A stretch of DNA of 63,989 nt, the filler included, from Lenisia limosa (Eukaryota; Protista; Breviatea): assembly GCA_001655205.1 (NCBI GenBank). It is 13 parts of 13 records of this genome, joined end to end, with 100 filler letters (N's around TTAATTAATTAA, not from the genome) between each part and the next. Parts side by side here need not be neighbours in the genome. Positions count along the whole stretch, not along the records: positions 1 to 2,746 come from LPNZ01002614.1; positions 2,847 to 4,096 come from LPNZ01001929.1; positions 4,197 to 8,456 come from LPNZ01004849.1; positions 8,557 to 12,668 come from LPNZ01007320.1; 9 more parts are not named here. One strand, 5' to 3'. This document shows positions 1-11,900 of the stretch, piece after piece. Within the stretch, counting starts at the first letter, position 1. Each line of letters begins with the position of its first letter. A program made the translations under genes and the position numbers. The notes under the pieces were generated by a model, which worked only from the letters and a program-made list of their open reading frames with translations, did no database searches and was not told where the DNA came from.

Positions 1-43
1 CCACGCCCCTCATGTATATGACACCCTTTGCGTAACTTAATAG

Positions 44-2642
44 GAGCCACCAAAACGTTGAGTCAGACGACGATCTCAACTTCCCAACAGCAGAAGACTG
101 GCAGCCACCCAAACTGACCTCTGTCCCAGAAATCTTAGTTCTAGCTAGAGTGCACCCAGGTGAAACCCCGGGGGCCCATTTATGCGCCGGCATTACGGAG
201 CTGTGCTTTCGAACAGGTGAGTGTACGGTAACGCGTGCGTGTGACTTGATGATGCGCATCTGCCACGTCGACGCCATTCCTAGGGCTTCACTTCGAAAAA
301 GACCCTATAAAATATCGATAGTTTTCGAGGATTTATCGAGAAATTCAGTCTTTTTTCGAACCGAAATGAAGCCCTAGCCATTCCACACGCTTCGATTCTC
401 AGTGACGTTTGAAATTGCTGTCTTATGTTCCAGGAGACCCCCGTGCTGAGGCGCTGCGGAGCCACTTCGTCATCCGAATTGTTTGGCGGTCACTTTTTTT
501 TTTTGCAGTAAAGTCTATTGAAATTAGGATCATAAAGAGTAAAGTCTCTATTGAAACTAGGATCATCATGATCGACTTCTTACGCTGTTTAGATTAGCAT
601 TGTGAATCCTGATGGCGTTATTGCCGGCAACTATCGAGGGGATATTACTGGTTTGAGCTGGAGATAGAAGATCTTGTTAGAGCTCTACTATTCATTCTGA
701 CTGAATAATTAGCTGTCTTTCACTTTTAAATAATATGCCTTTTTAAGGGAACCCTTATCAACACTGTGTTATCCTCTCCAGGAGCGAACTTGAACCGGTT
801 CTACGCGGAGCCCGATATCGATAGCATGCCGCAGATTACTGCCATAAGAGAGGTCCGTCTGAATTCTTTTTTTTTTGTTTTTGCTCCGTTTGTACTCTTT
901 TAAAATATATTTTTGCAGTTAAGCGTAGTGTATTGAAGACAAAAAAACACCAGGAAAATGGGACGTACTCATAGTTTATGTAGCCCTTCATCATTTAGCA
1001 CGCCCTTGACACGAGAGATCAGGGCAACATGGCAGCAATATTCGACTTCCACGCCCACGCGCCCAAACGGGGCATTTTCGTATATGGCAATTGGTCAGAT
1101 GTGGGTGTCTTACGTTAGTAACAGTTGTAACGTTCTAGCAAGAGGAAATCATGGCGTCAAATCTAGCTTTTGCCAAAGTTGGCAGGTTTTGTTGTTGTCT
1201 TTCTCTGTGTTTTGTTCAAATGGATTAACCCCTTCCTTTATCAGCACAGTATTGGGTTTTGTATTACTGTTACTTTTGAACAGTTCTCATCATTATAGAT
1301 TACAGCGCTGTACGCAAGAGAATTTGACCCGCAGCAATGCGTGTTTTCAAAACGCAACATGTCCCTCTCCGACAAGTAGGCGAAAATGTATTGTGAGTGA
1401 AAGTGTTAGCATTTGTTAACATCATGGGGCAAGCGGTATTTTTATTCCTGATGAAACCTGTTTCTTTCTAGTCTTATCCGTAGACGAGATTCAGGCAAAA
1501 GCAAGCAAGGAAGCGCCCGGGTGGCCCTAGGGGGTCCTTCGGATTGCCCTTCCCACCCGCCAGTTCTTGCACCCCCAGCTTCAGTTCCAAGTAAGCTCTA
1601 TTCGTTGGTGATAATGCTTTCAGAGAAGCTCAGTGCGACCAAAACCAAAAGCAAAGGAAGTAAGTTTGAACCCTTTTGGTTTAACCTGGGATGGCTTTGA
1701 CCAAATATAACCTTGTTGTATTTCTCACCCATATAATATATAACCTGGAATGAGTTTGAAAAAATTGACTATTACTAAAGCTCCGGCGAAATTTGAAGTG
1801 AGACATATAAATTGAAAACTCAATTTCAGACACTTTAATTTCACATTGTCAATAATTCTCTTCAAAAAATTAATCGCCCGGAGTCCTACTGTTTACACTT
1901 TCTAGAACCTTCTCTTGTCTGTTCGAACCAATATGGTACAGGAACATTCACAGGTTTGCCTTTTTGTGACCAGAGAATCGTTTTTCCTGTGTTACACAGT
2001 GATATATTACCTTCTTGTACCCGTAGAATTATATCTTTCCTATGTGATATAATTCGATGTTACTCCCAATTAGCACCATCAAGTTGTAACTATTTTCAAG
2101 TCCATATCTGGCAGGGTTATTGCTTTCAGGAACATATTTAGCGTTATTGCTATCAGGAACGTCGGTGAAAGGATGGTTCAGCGGGCCCCTTGGAGTACAT
2201 CGGTGCTACACTGTGGAGGCGAACTACAACACAGGCGTGTGTTTACAGCCCGTGCCGCCCCCTTGTAATGGTTGGAAATTGGGTTTCACTCCGGTTCATA
2301 AATCCTCGAAAACTATCGACAACCTGCCTTTTTCGGACCGAAGTGAAGCTCTGGTTGAATATACTAGCAACTATTTTATGATTATAGTTATTCCCTATAG
2401 CTATGCCATATTATACTATTATCCAATATCTCTTATAAGCATGGTGGTGTGGACGGCTTCNNNNNNNNNNNNNNNNNNNNNNNNNNNNNNNNNNNNNNNN
2501 NNNNNNNNNNNNNNNNNNNNNNNNNNNNNNNNNNNNNNNNNNNNNNNNNNNNNNNNNNNNNNNGAGTAGCCCGCCTCCTATCACAAGTCCCTCGAAACGA
2601 GCGGTACCGTACACTGTCGCAGCATACAATGCAACTGGAAGG
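44..2642 (+). CDS. AGBL5: Cytosolic carboxypeptidase (M14, CCP5/AGBL5-like tubulin deglutamylase), partial, multi-exon
   Basis: Spliced exons give LARVHPGETPG, GDPRAEALRSHFVIRI, IVNPDGVIAGNYRGDITGANLNRFYAEPD, IFDFHAHAPKRGIFVYGN, FDPQQCVFSKRNM, SKQGSARVAL and CYTVEANYNTG, collinear with recalled CCP5 motifs. GT-AG junctions. Confidence 0.85.
281..376. mobile_element. MITE-A copy (~98 bp, TIR GGGCTTCACTTCGGTTCG, TA-flanked), intronic
   Basis: TAGGGCTTCACTTCG...CGAACCGAAATGAAGCCCTA with the shared core ATCGATAGTTTTCGAGGATTTATCGAGAAATTC. Confidence 0.85.
2281..2349. mobile_element. MITE-A degenerate copy
   Basis: GGGTTTCACTCCGGTTC...ATAAATCCTCGAAAACTATCGA...GGACCGAAGTGAAGCTC. Confidence 0.65.
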
Positions 2643-2746
2643 GTAGGGGTTGTTGTCATAACATATTGCATATAACGATATATGATATAGGTTGGTGTTT
2701 AAAACCGCGAACATGATTAAAACCGCGAACAAAAAAGGAGGCTTTT

Positions 2747-2846
2747 NNNNNNNNNNNNNNNNNNNNNNNNNNNNNNNNNNNNNNNNNNNNTTAATTAATT
2801 AANNNNNNNNNNNNNNNNNNNNNNNNNNNNNNNNNNNNNNNNNNNN
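2747..2846. other. Artificial scaffold-concatenation linker (first of 12 identical linkers)
   Basis: 44 N + TTAATTAATTAA + 44 N, with stops in all six frames. Identical linkers span 4097-4196, 8457-8556, 12669-12768, 28581-28680, 30232-30331, 37451-37550, 39801-39900, 56314-56413, 57540-57639, 60605-60704 and 62873-62972. Confidence 0.97.
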
Positions 2847-2904
2847 GTGTCAGTGTACACTTCCCAAAACCAATGACTATGATGACATCCTGATGTCCTT
2901 GTAC

Positions 2905-3486
2905 CGTTTCTTTCAGCCCTGCTGTGACAACATGGACGAAAGTGTCGGCCATGTTCATTGAAAATCGCGGGGCATACGGATCCTTGTGCTTGAATTTTGA
3001 CTATATTGTCATATTAATGAAGTGGAAGGATGTCATAAAAAAGAAACGTTTTAAGAAAACGCTTCAAAATACTTTGTGACAATTACAAGTCTAATTTTTT
3101 ATGTAATGTAAACAGTGTAGGCTTCAACGAGAGCAGCAATTGTCAAAATCATTGGCAAAACAGAAGAATAATGACAATAGAATGGGGAAGAGGGAAAGAA
3201 AGCCAGGAGAACTACCGGGCCCTACAGACCTTAGAAGCCCGAATGACAGCATCAATGGCATAGAGGCCAGCGAGTTTGTTCTCCTTGGGTGTTTTTCGAA
3301 TAAAACGCTCAAGATCATAAACTACATTTTTGAAGAACTGACCATAAAAAGAATACTGTGACATACCTTGACGTGGTTAATTGCGATTTTATTGATACTT
3401 TGAATTCTAGAAGCCGAAACAGTTCCCTTCTTCATAATACCGCTTAGCTCTGCGGCTAGATCGGATTCTGCCGGCCATTGTGCCAT
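2905..3486 (-). CDS. CID (RNA Pol II CTD-interacting) domain protein, SCAF4/SCAF8/Nrd1/Seb1-like; N-terminal part, truncated by scaffold end
   Basis: ATG at 3486. MAQWPAESDLAAELSGIMKKGTVSASRIQSINKIAINHVK|FFKNVVYDLERFIRKTPKENKLAGLYAIDAVIRASK|...KDPYAPRFSMNMADTF matches the recalled SCAF8 CID pattern. Confidence 0.8.
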
Positions 3487-3749
3487 GATGGCAGGCTGTT
3501 AGCAGCCTAAAGACACAAAAAACGGCTTCACACAATAAATCTGTGAATTCAGCTGTTGACTAGCGTTCTACCTGATTAGATCCAAGCTGTGTTGTGTTTC
3601 TCTATTTCTCTATTATGTTGTTTTGATTTATTGCACCATATAAAAATCCCAAGAAGAGGTATTTATATGTTTTGTCTAGCTCCGACGCCATTTTTTGTTT
3701 TTTTTTCTTTTTTCAGTGTACATAGTTCAGCCTTTAGCTTTGTAAAAAT

Positions 3750-3942
3750 ATGGGAAGAAGGAGGTACGGAAGAAATGCTGTTGGAGCAGAAACTGACATC
3801 CCGAAAATGGGGTTTGAGGAGGTTTCCGCCCATGCCAAGTTTAAAAAATCCAAGAAGAAAGCGAATAACAAGGATTCTGACGATCTGAAGGAATACAGGC
3901 GAATGGTTCGTGAAGATGAGGTCCTTCAGAAGAAGACCCTTG
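3750..3942 (+). CDS. Hypothetical basic protein, first coding exon
   Basis: MGRRRYGRNAVGAETDIPKMGFEEVSAHAKFKKSKKK... ending at a G|GTAAG donor; divergent from the CID gene. Confidence 0.45.
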
Positions 3943-4198
3943 GTAAGATATGGGTATATAATCATATGTTTGGTGGAAATTGATTTATTAGTTTACTCTT
4001 TTTCTGCTTCCCTCCTCTCCCTCTCTTTAATATGATTACATCCAAACATCTTCTTGACAACTATGTTCACTTTCTTTTTTTCTGTTTATATATATANNNN
4101 NNNNNNNNNNNNNNNNNNNNNNNNNNNNNNNNNNNNNNNNTTAATTAATTAANNNNNNNNNNNNNNNNNNNNNNNNNNNNNNNNNNNNNNNNNNNNAG

Positions 4199-5940
4199 GT
4201 TGACATCAGCGCCCTGGACCCCTCATTGGGCTACATCCAAATCACTCACGTTGACCCGCATTTCGATGATTATGAGAACAAAAAGAGGACATCCCACTTT
4301 GTATGTAGAGGCTGAATGCACTGCGCTGCCAAAAGCGACAGATGTACTGTATCTCGAAACATGCTTCTTTTGTTCTTACCAATATTTGTTTTTCATAAAT
4401 TATCATGATTTTTCATAAATCTTGTTTTCACTCCCCTCAGGACCGCTCCACCCGCCTTTCCAAGTTCGTCTTTGAAACTCCCTTCACAGATTCGGGCAAG
4501 GCACACGGTGCTACTGATGAGCAGAAGAAGCGCAAGGTGAGGGGGGGCACCTAGAAAAAGTTGTACTGATTTTAAAAAAACGATAAATTATTGTTTTTTT
4601 TTTTGTTTTTGAAGATGTCACATGCAAGAAATTAGAGACAAGTAGAAAAGTCTTGCCGCTCAGCATACATTTGTATTGCATTATTGACCCTTTAGACCAT
4701 CCTCGCCACTGACCATTGTTTCCCCTACATCAAGAAGCGGCTGCGGGTAGTGGACCGCGAGGAAATCGTTTTACAGCCCATTGAGGTAGGCAGGCAATAG
4801 AATGCCATGTTTTGTGACGTGTGAATATTCTGAATCCAAGTTTACATTTTACCCAGTGATGGGATGCGGTGCTGCAGAAGCAACTGGCCTGGGCTTTGNN
4901 NNNNNNNNNNNNNNNNNNNNNNNNNNNNNNNNNNNNNNNNNNNNNNNNNNNNNNNNNNNNNNNNNNNNNNNNNNNNNNNNNNNNNNNNNNTTATAAATTT
5001 TCCAATTTCACCATACAGGTCGGTCTTGATTTGATTGTGCAAAGAGCCAAGATGCTTGATGCTGAGGTCAAGGCCAACCCTCCGAGCACCAAGACCCTCC
5101 AAATCGTTCTCCAGGGCTCTGTACGTCTCCAGGTCAACGCCGTAGGGGGGGTGGACGTTGTTCAAGTTTGGTATGTAATAAAGGTATAATACTATGTAAT
5201 TAGGGCTTCATTTCAGTTCGTAGTTTTCGAGGATTTATCGAGAAATTCAATCTTTTTTCGAACCGAAGTGAAGCCCTATGTAATTGGTTTATGCTTAATG
5301 CGATGCAATACGGTACTATACTAAATGCTGCGGGGGGTATTATTCAATTCACCCCTTTTCTCCTTTCTCACACCCCTCAGGGTCCTCTTGAGATTTGCCG
5401 AACATTCCTCGGCAGTCCTGACAAATACGACAAAAAGCAGATCGCGTCCCTAAGGTTCGAGGTGTAGTATAATGGACGGTTGTTTTGGTTTTCTGCTCCA
5501 GGCATTCTACTTACCTGATTGGGCTGGAACATTTTGGTGTTTATATTGCTTTTTTTTTTGTGATTGTTCGGTTCGTGATTTACGCTAATATTCATCGAAA
5601 TTTCCTTCGTTTTACTCCCCCCTCAGACTAGCCTTCCGCAACTTCCTGAAGTCTGCCAAGGATTGTCTCGATCTCAACGGCACGCTTATCACTGCAGTTC
5701 AGGTGGGCGTTACGTCTTCCCCCCCCCCCCCCNNNNNNNNNNNNNNNNNNNNNNNNNNNNNNNNNNNNNNNNNNNNNNNNNNNNNNNNNNNNNNNNNNNN
5801 NNNNNNNNNNNNNNCTGACCTTTTAGACCGAATACCACCAAGACCTGACCCTCGGGTACGAGGAGGTGCGGGAGGAGATTCTTCCCTACATCAAGGGTGA
5901 CATGGCCACGATTGAGGCGAGGAGAGCAAAGGCGGTGTAA
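4199..5940 (+). CDS. DOCK-family GEF, C-terminal DHR-2 domain (DOCK6-11-like), partial, 7 visible exons
   Basis: [81 protein letters not shown]; stop TAA at 5938-5940. Confidence 0.92.
4855..5018 (+). repeat. Intronic acceptor-associated element (IAE), ending at a DOCK 3' splice site
   Basis: AGTGATGGGATGCGGTGCTGCAGAAGCAACTGGCCTGGGCTTTG-[N gap]-ATAAATTTTCCAATTTCACCATACAG|exon. Confidence 0.8.
5201..5278. mobile_element. MITE-A copy (internally shortened) in a DOCK intron
   Basis: TAGGGCTTCATTTCAGTTCG...CGAACCGAAGTGAAGCCCTA. Confidence 0.85.
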
Positions 5941-6219
5941 GTTATTTAGTTTAGTTTAGTTTGTATGCAATTAATTGCTTTGGGTAGGGGCAGGAAGCAA
6001 AGCGGTATCATTTTTCGCTTCACAACCTGAGTTACAATAAACAAAGCGGGCTTGAAAACACAAGATGGTTGTATATAATAAAAAAGCAAAAGAACATTGC
6101 CGGTATGATTCTGAAAAAAAAAGCCGAGCTTTATCCACTAGAAGAAATCATTGACGGTTGAAATGTAATAAATTGGAACAAGAAAGGGGAAACAAGGGAA
6201 ACAACTACCAACCCACAAA

Positions 6220-8310
6220 CTAGAGACCTGCCGCACTGAGGAGAGAGGGGAACGTGACAAACTTCTCACGGGGCTTTGTCTATTGTGTCAAAACGGATAC
6301 TCCCTTCAGTACAAAACAAAAAGAAGTCTTAAAGAAAGGGAGAGATCCTAATAAAAGAGAAAATAAAAAATAAAAAATAAAACTCGGAGTGGGTAAAAAT
6401 GTCAATAATTAAAAAAAGTTGTCTCTCCCACCTTGCCCTTGTTGTCCTCATGGGAACACTTAGCCTCTTTGCCTGCAGCTACTTCGGCATTGTCAATAGC
6501 CTTCCATCGCCCATAATCAACAATCTGAAGTCTCGGTTAACTTAGAACAATTGTGTTCATATTTCATAGGATTTAGATCTGAGTCAAACATGCCATTATT
6601 CTATTCGATATCATTCAAAAGCCATGTATGTGTATGTGTATGGCAATCACACCTTCCAGTTGTGGGATTCGGGAAGTGCTTCAACTCCGTTCTAAACATG
6701 TGAGGAGCAGAATATATAGCAATGAGAAATAAAAAACAAGGTTGCATATCTGGCCGACACCGTCGAGACCATCACGCTTATAAGAGGTATTGTATAGTAT
6801 AATAAAAAGCACCGAACAGGAAAACGATAATTGTTCTAAAGAAACAAGAAACGGCTTCCACCACCCCACCATTGCCTTATGCGGTAACATGCCCTCAGAA
6901 GCATGGCCCACGATTTGGCCAACAGTCTCATCAGCACATGGCTTGTTCGTTGCAATGATGCCGTTGGCGCCTCGCTTGATCCATCCGGCTGCGTACACGC
7001 CAGCCTTGTCTGATGCGTTAGGGCTGGGCAACTTATTATATTCTAATAGCAACGAGCTCAAAATGGTATAAATTCATATGTGCCTGTAATCATCAGTGTA
7101 TAACTCAATCTTGTTAGGTCGATGTGTTAAATCTTCAATAATAATAAAAAAAGAATAAGGAAGACATGAAAAAAGCGAATTTTTGGGTTTGTTGAAATAT
7201 GAAAAGAAGGTCAGTGATTATCCCACCCTCTTCAGGCTTCAGCACTGTGCCCTTGACATTGGCCAGAACAGCCTTCTTCTCATTGAAGGGAAGGCCTTCA
7301 ATGACAGAGCCACGGTAGCCGATGGAGGTCAAGACAAGTCCCGCTTTGATGATCTACTGGGTGAAAACTGGCCAAAAAGAAAGTCTTTTTTAAAAGATAA
7401 GAAAGGGATTCAGAACCGGAAGCGCATTAATTGAGAGCCTGAGAGAGGTAAGATAAAAATTTATGGCTGCCTCTATCGACACCCCAAGTCACCTCTTCTT
7501 CATCGGTTTTCTCAGCCCATGGCTTCTCCATTGGGCCTCCAAGCTTATTGACAGCAAGCTTCACTGCGGCTAAGGAGCCGTTTTCGGCCATGAATCTGGG
7601 GGGGGGGGGGTTAAANNNNNNNNNNNNNNNNNNNNNNNNNNNNNNNNNNNNNNNNNNNNNNNNNNNNNNNNNNNNNNNNNNNNNNNNNNNNNNNNGATTC
7701 TAGATTCAATAGAGATTTTACTGCAAAAAAAGCAAAGTGAAGATGGTTTAATTCGTATCTTATGCAAGAAGAATCAACACCCCGTTCCCTGCACACTCTT
7801 TTGGCCCTCTGAGGAATCTGAAAATCATGGACTTCTCGCCAGTATTGGGCTGTTTGGAAACCTGAAAGTGTCAGATATGACTTGGTCCTATGAGTGGTAA
7901 AAGACGGGACGAGAAAAAATTTTTTTTTTTGATTATAGGAGGAAAACCGCAATCTAGTCAAGAGATTAACTTAAATCAAAGTCACTGAACATGGTAAATT
8001 CACCCCACCTTTCTCAAAAGCTCAATAAGACGCTTCCTTGGCCTATCCGCCTGGACCACAGCCTCAAGTTCGTCATCAAACTCAACATCCTCGGGACGAA
8101 TCACGGATGCCATCCTGCATGCATGAAACCTACCCAAACAGGTTCTTGAGCGATACAATTCCCAATACGCCTATTCCACCCCCCCTCCTCATACTCCGGG
8201 ATGGTGGTCTGTTCTCTGAACTCCTTGGTAGTGAAGGCGGCCTGGGCTGGGCCCCTTCGTCCAATAACGTGAACGCGTTTGATCTGACTGATCCGGTTAT
8301 GAACCATGAG
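6220..8310 (-). CDS. FDXR: NADPH:adrenodoxin (ferredoxin) oxidoreductase, C-terminal half, multi-exon
   Basis: [83 protein letters not shown]; stop TAG at 6220-6222. Confidence 0.92.
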
Positions 8311-8915
8311 CTACATGTTGCGATACTCAATATTACTCTTTGCGAACATCTAATCCTGAGATCTTTTCAAGCCAATAAGGTGATAGAAAATATGGATCGG
8401 CTCAAGGCACTGGAATCAAACCACAACAATTTACATTCTCCTTGCCCCCACCCTCANNNNNNNNNNNNNNNNNNNNNNNNNNNNNNNNNNNNNNNNNNNN
8501 TTAATTAATTAANNNNNNNNNNNNNNNNNNNNNNNNNNNNNNNNNNNNNNNNNNNNCGCTAGACAAATAAGCAGGAATCTCGCCAAAATAAAAATGTTAT
8601 CATCAACAAATAAGAGTTATTGTCATTTTTGTTGGCAACAAGAGTGTTACGATAATTTTCTTAGTTATATGCCATATTTTTAGCAAATGTTTTCGCATAT
8701 TTCAAATAAACTTACAGATAGAAGAAAATTCACAGATATATGGACGGTGTGATATATATATTTATGTACATACACCCATACACACATGTTACATACACAC
8801 ACGCGCGCTCTCTCTCTCTCGCACGTTTTCTTTTAGTTTCATAAACCCCCAGCCAATAAATCGGATTTTTTTTTTTATTTATTTTTTTCGTAATATTTCA
8901 TTCTTTACACTCCAG

Positions 8916-11900
8916 ACGGTCCCCGAGCCGGGTTGATGACTTCGGCCGTGACAGGCTGGAACCGGGNNNNNNNNNNNNNNNNNNNNNNNNNNNNNNNNNN
9001 NNNNNNNNNNNNNNNNNNNNNNNNNNNNNNNNNNNNNNNNNNNNNNNNNNNNNNNNNNNNNNNNNNNNNNNNNNNNNNNNNNNNNNNNNNNNNNNNNNNN
9101 NNNNNNNNNNNGAAGATACCCCCGCAGCCGCAGCCCCAGTCCCCGCACACACCATGGAAGAAGCCGTTCATACTCACGGTATGGGGTTCACAAACTACCG
9201 GGGCTTTTCTGGAATGGTATTGAAAAGAGGGATGCATGCTGCAGAGACTGGACTGAGCTTTATTATTATTATTGCTTGTTGTTGCTGTTTTCAACCCGTG
9301 TGTGTGTTTTCTTCCCAAAAGCCAACTATAATTTTTGTATATTTGATTCTGAGTTTTAAAATTTTTGTTTCTTTTACCAAAAAACAATTTTAGGTTCGTA
9401 ATTCGTGCCTTAATATTTGCAGGTCTCCAAGGCGTTCAATGAGTCGCTCTCCTGACGACAAAAACAGACATTACAGAAGGTGAGGGGGATAAGGTTTTTG
9501 TTTTCTCTTCAAGTCACATTTCTCCTTTTGTTCCATTCACCCCCGTATGTTGTTGTTTTCAAACCATTTAGCAGACAGAGCTATTTTGGGGTTTTGCTTC
9601 ACAAATCTCTCTATTTTTTTCATTTTGCTGCATGAATTATCCAATTACCCCCCCCCCCCTCCGCTNNNNNNNNNNNNNNNNNNNNNNNNNNNNNNNNNNN
9701 NNNNNNNNNNNNNNNNNNNNNNNNNNNNNNNNNNNNNNNNNNNNNNNNNNNNNNNNNNNNNNNNNNNNNNNNNNNNNNNNNNNNNNNNNNNNNNNNNNNN
9801 NNNNNNNNNNNNNNNNNNNNNNNNNNTGTAAGTAGGGCTTTACTTCGGTTCGAAAAAAGACTGAAATTCTCGATAAATCCTCGAAAGCTATCGATATTTT
9901 TCTGGTCGAACCGAAGTGGCCCGTCTTTATAGTTGGAGTGTAAGTTTCATTTCAATATTTCCCGTTCGCAGTAATGTTTTGTTATCATTGCAACGTCTTA
10001 TGAAATTCCCCCGAAAAGGCTTACTTAACAGGGTGGACTACGACAGCCATGACGCCCAAAACCAGAACTGGCAGGTTCGCTGCTGCTTTACCGAGCAAGG
10101 GTCATTTTGACACATTACTGGATTGGAGGGGTGTTTGCTGAATTTTTGGCTTTTTTTTTGTTTCATAAATTTTCCAATTTTACACGCTGGAGTGATGGGA
10201 TGCGGTGCTGNNNNNNNNNNNNNNNNNNNNNNNNNNNNNNNNNNNNNNNNNNNNNNNNNNNNNNNNNNNNNNNNNNNNNNNNNNNNNNNNNNNNNNNNNN
10301 NNNNNNNNNNNNNNNNNNNNNNNNNNNNNNNNNNNNNNNNNCCCTCAGCAACAGCCTCCCATTGATGCTATTCCGCCGACTCCGATCACAGATCTGGCCA
10401 ACCCCCACGCTCCCCTCTTGACGCTCAACGACTTCATGGTGGCGCGACGCACACGCAATGCTGCCGTGCGCGGGTGTTGCCGTCTCAATATCAATAGTAG
10501 TCCTTCTAGTCATAATATTTCCCTTCCATCTTAAGCTTGCCAATAAAGTTATTTGGGACGGGAGGTGTNNNNNNNNNNNNNNNNNNNNNNNNNNNNNNNN
10601 NNNNNNNNNNNNNNNNNNNNNNNNNNNNNNNNNNNNNNNNNNNNNNNNNNNNNNNNNNNNNNNNNNNNNNNNNNNNNNNNNNNNNNNNNNNNNNNNNNNN
10701 NNNNNNNNNNNNNNTACGACAAATACCTTGACCTGTTACGGCGACGGCGTATTGACGTTTTCTTTGACACCCACAAAGGAGACGACTGGCTGCAGGAGAA
10801 GCACTGCTCATTGGTGGGCTGGCTGGTACAATAGTGACAGTAGCATACTATTTGTATTTAAAGACCCAGCCATTTGTATTCCAGTGGCATTGATCAATCC
10901 CAACCACGTCATATCCTGGTCGTTGTGGCTTTCCTTCGCTCCCATAACAGAGTGAATATCTCGCTTAATCCTTGGTAAATCCTGGATAAGTATCAACGCA
11001 CTCTATTTTGGCGGACGGAATCCCCAGATTCAAGACTACTTTAACATATTAGGGCCGTCAACGCCTCCAGGCTGAAAAAGCTCATGATGCACAGGTAATG
11101 CATTATCCCAGTATTCCCCATCAAAATTTCCTTCGTTTTATCCCCTATATTGGCTTAGTTTTTCTTTCCATAAAGTTTCCATTTTACCCCCCCCCCCACA
11201 GATCCGACTGAAGCGTTGGAACCCCAAAACCGTTGAAAGTCNNNNNNNNNNNNNNNNNNNNNNNNNNNNNNNNNNNNNNNNNNNNNNNNNNNNNNNNNNN
11301 NNNNNNNNNNNNNNNNNNNNNNNNNNNNNNNNNACATGGGTTTGTGTTTACCTTTGTTCAGCTACGACAAGACAGAAAAGAAGACTGAAGAATCCGACGG
11401 AGAGGGCTGGGAGGTAAAAAAAGGTGAGGTAGATGGAGGATCGTCCGATGCTGAGGAGATGCTTGCCAAAAGTCTTACACCCCTCTCCTTTAAGTGGTTC
11501 ATTGGCTGTTTCTTTCTTTCATCATCCTCTCGTTTGTATACCACTTTTAGTGTTGATATACATAATACATGTCTGTGGAACGATTTTAAAGTATGCATGA
11601 GTAATATATCTAGGGCTTCCCTACGTTCCCAAAAAAGATTGAATTTCTCGATAAATCCTCGATAATTATCGATATTTTACCGGTCTTTTTCGGACCGTAG
11701 GGAAGCCCTAATCAGACCATATACAAGCCTTATTGTAATGGTATATTTGGCCATCTCACCCCTCCCCCCTCCAGAAGAAGAAGAAGAGGAGGAGAACAAG
11801 GAGGAAGAAAANNNNNNNNNNNNNNNNNNNNNNNNNNNNNNNNNNNNNNNNNNNNNNNNNNNNNNNNNNNNNNNNNNNNNNNNNNNNNNNNNNNNNNNNN

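Noticed and set aside
281-376. MITE-A or MITE-B as introners that form whole introns
   Set aside because: Their ends do not coincide with GT/AG boundaries; they lie inside longer introns in either orientation.
2791-2802. TTAATTAATTAA recurring 12 times, resembling a conserved motif or repeat array
   Set aside because: Always centred in exactly 44+44 N; an artificial six-frame-stop linker. No synteny can be inferred across it.
6690-6790. Apparent AT-starting (U12-type) intron in FDXR after ...GGCCAG|ATATGC
   Set aside because: A canonical GT-AG intron (~6690-6870) joins MLPHKAM to [10 protein letters not shown] without that exon.
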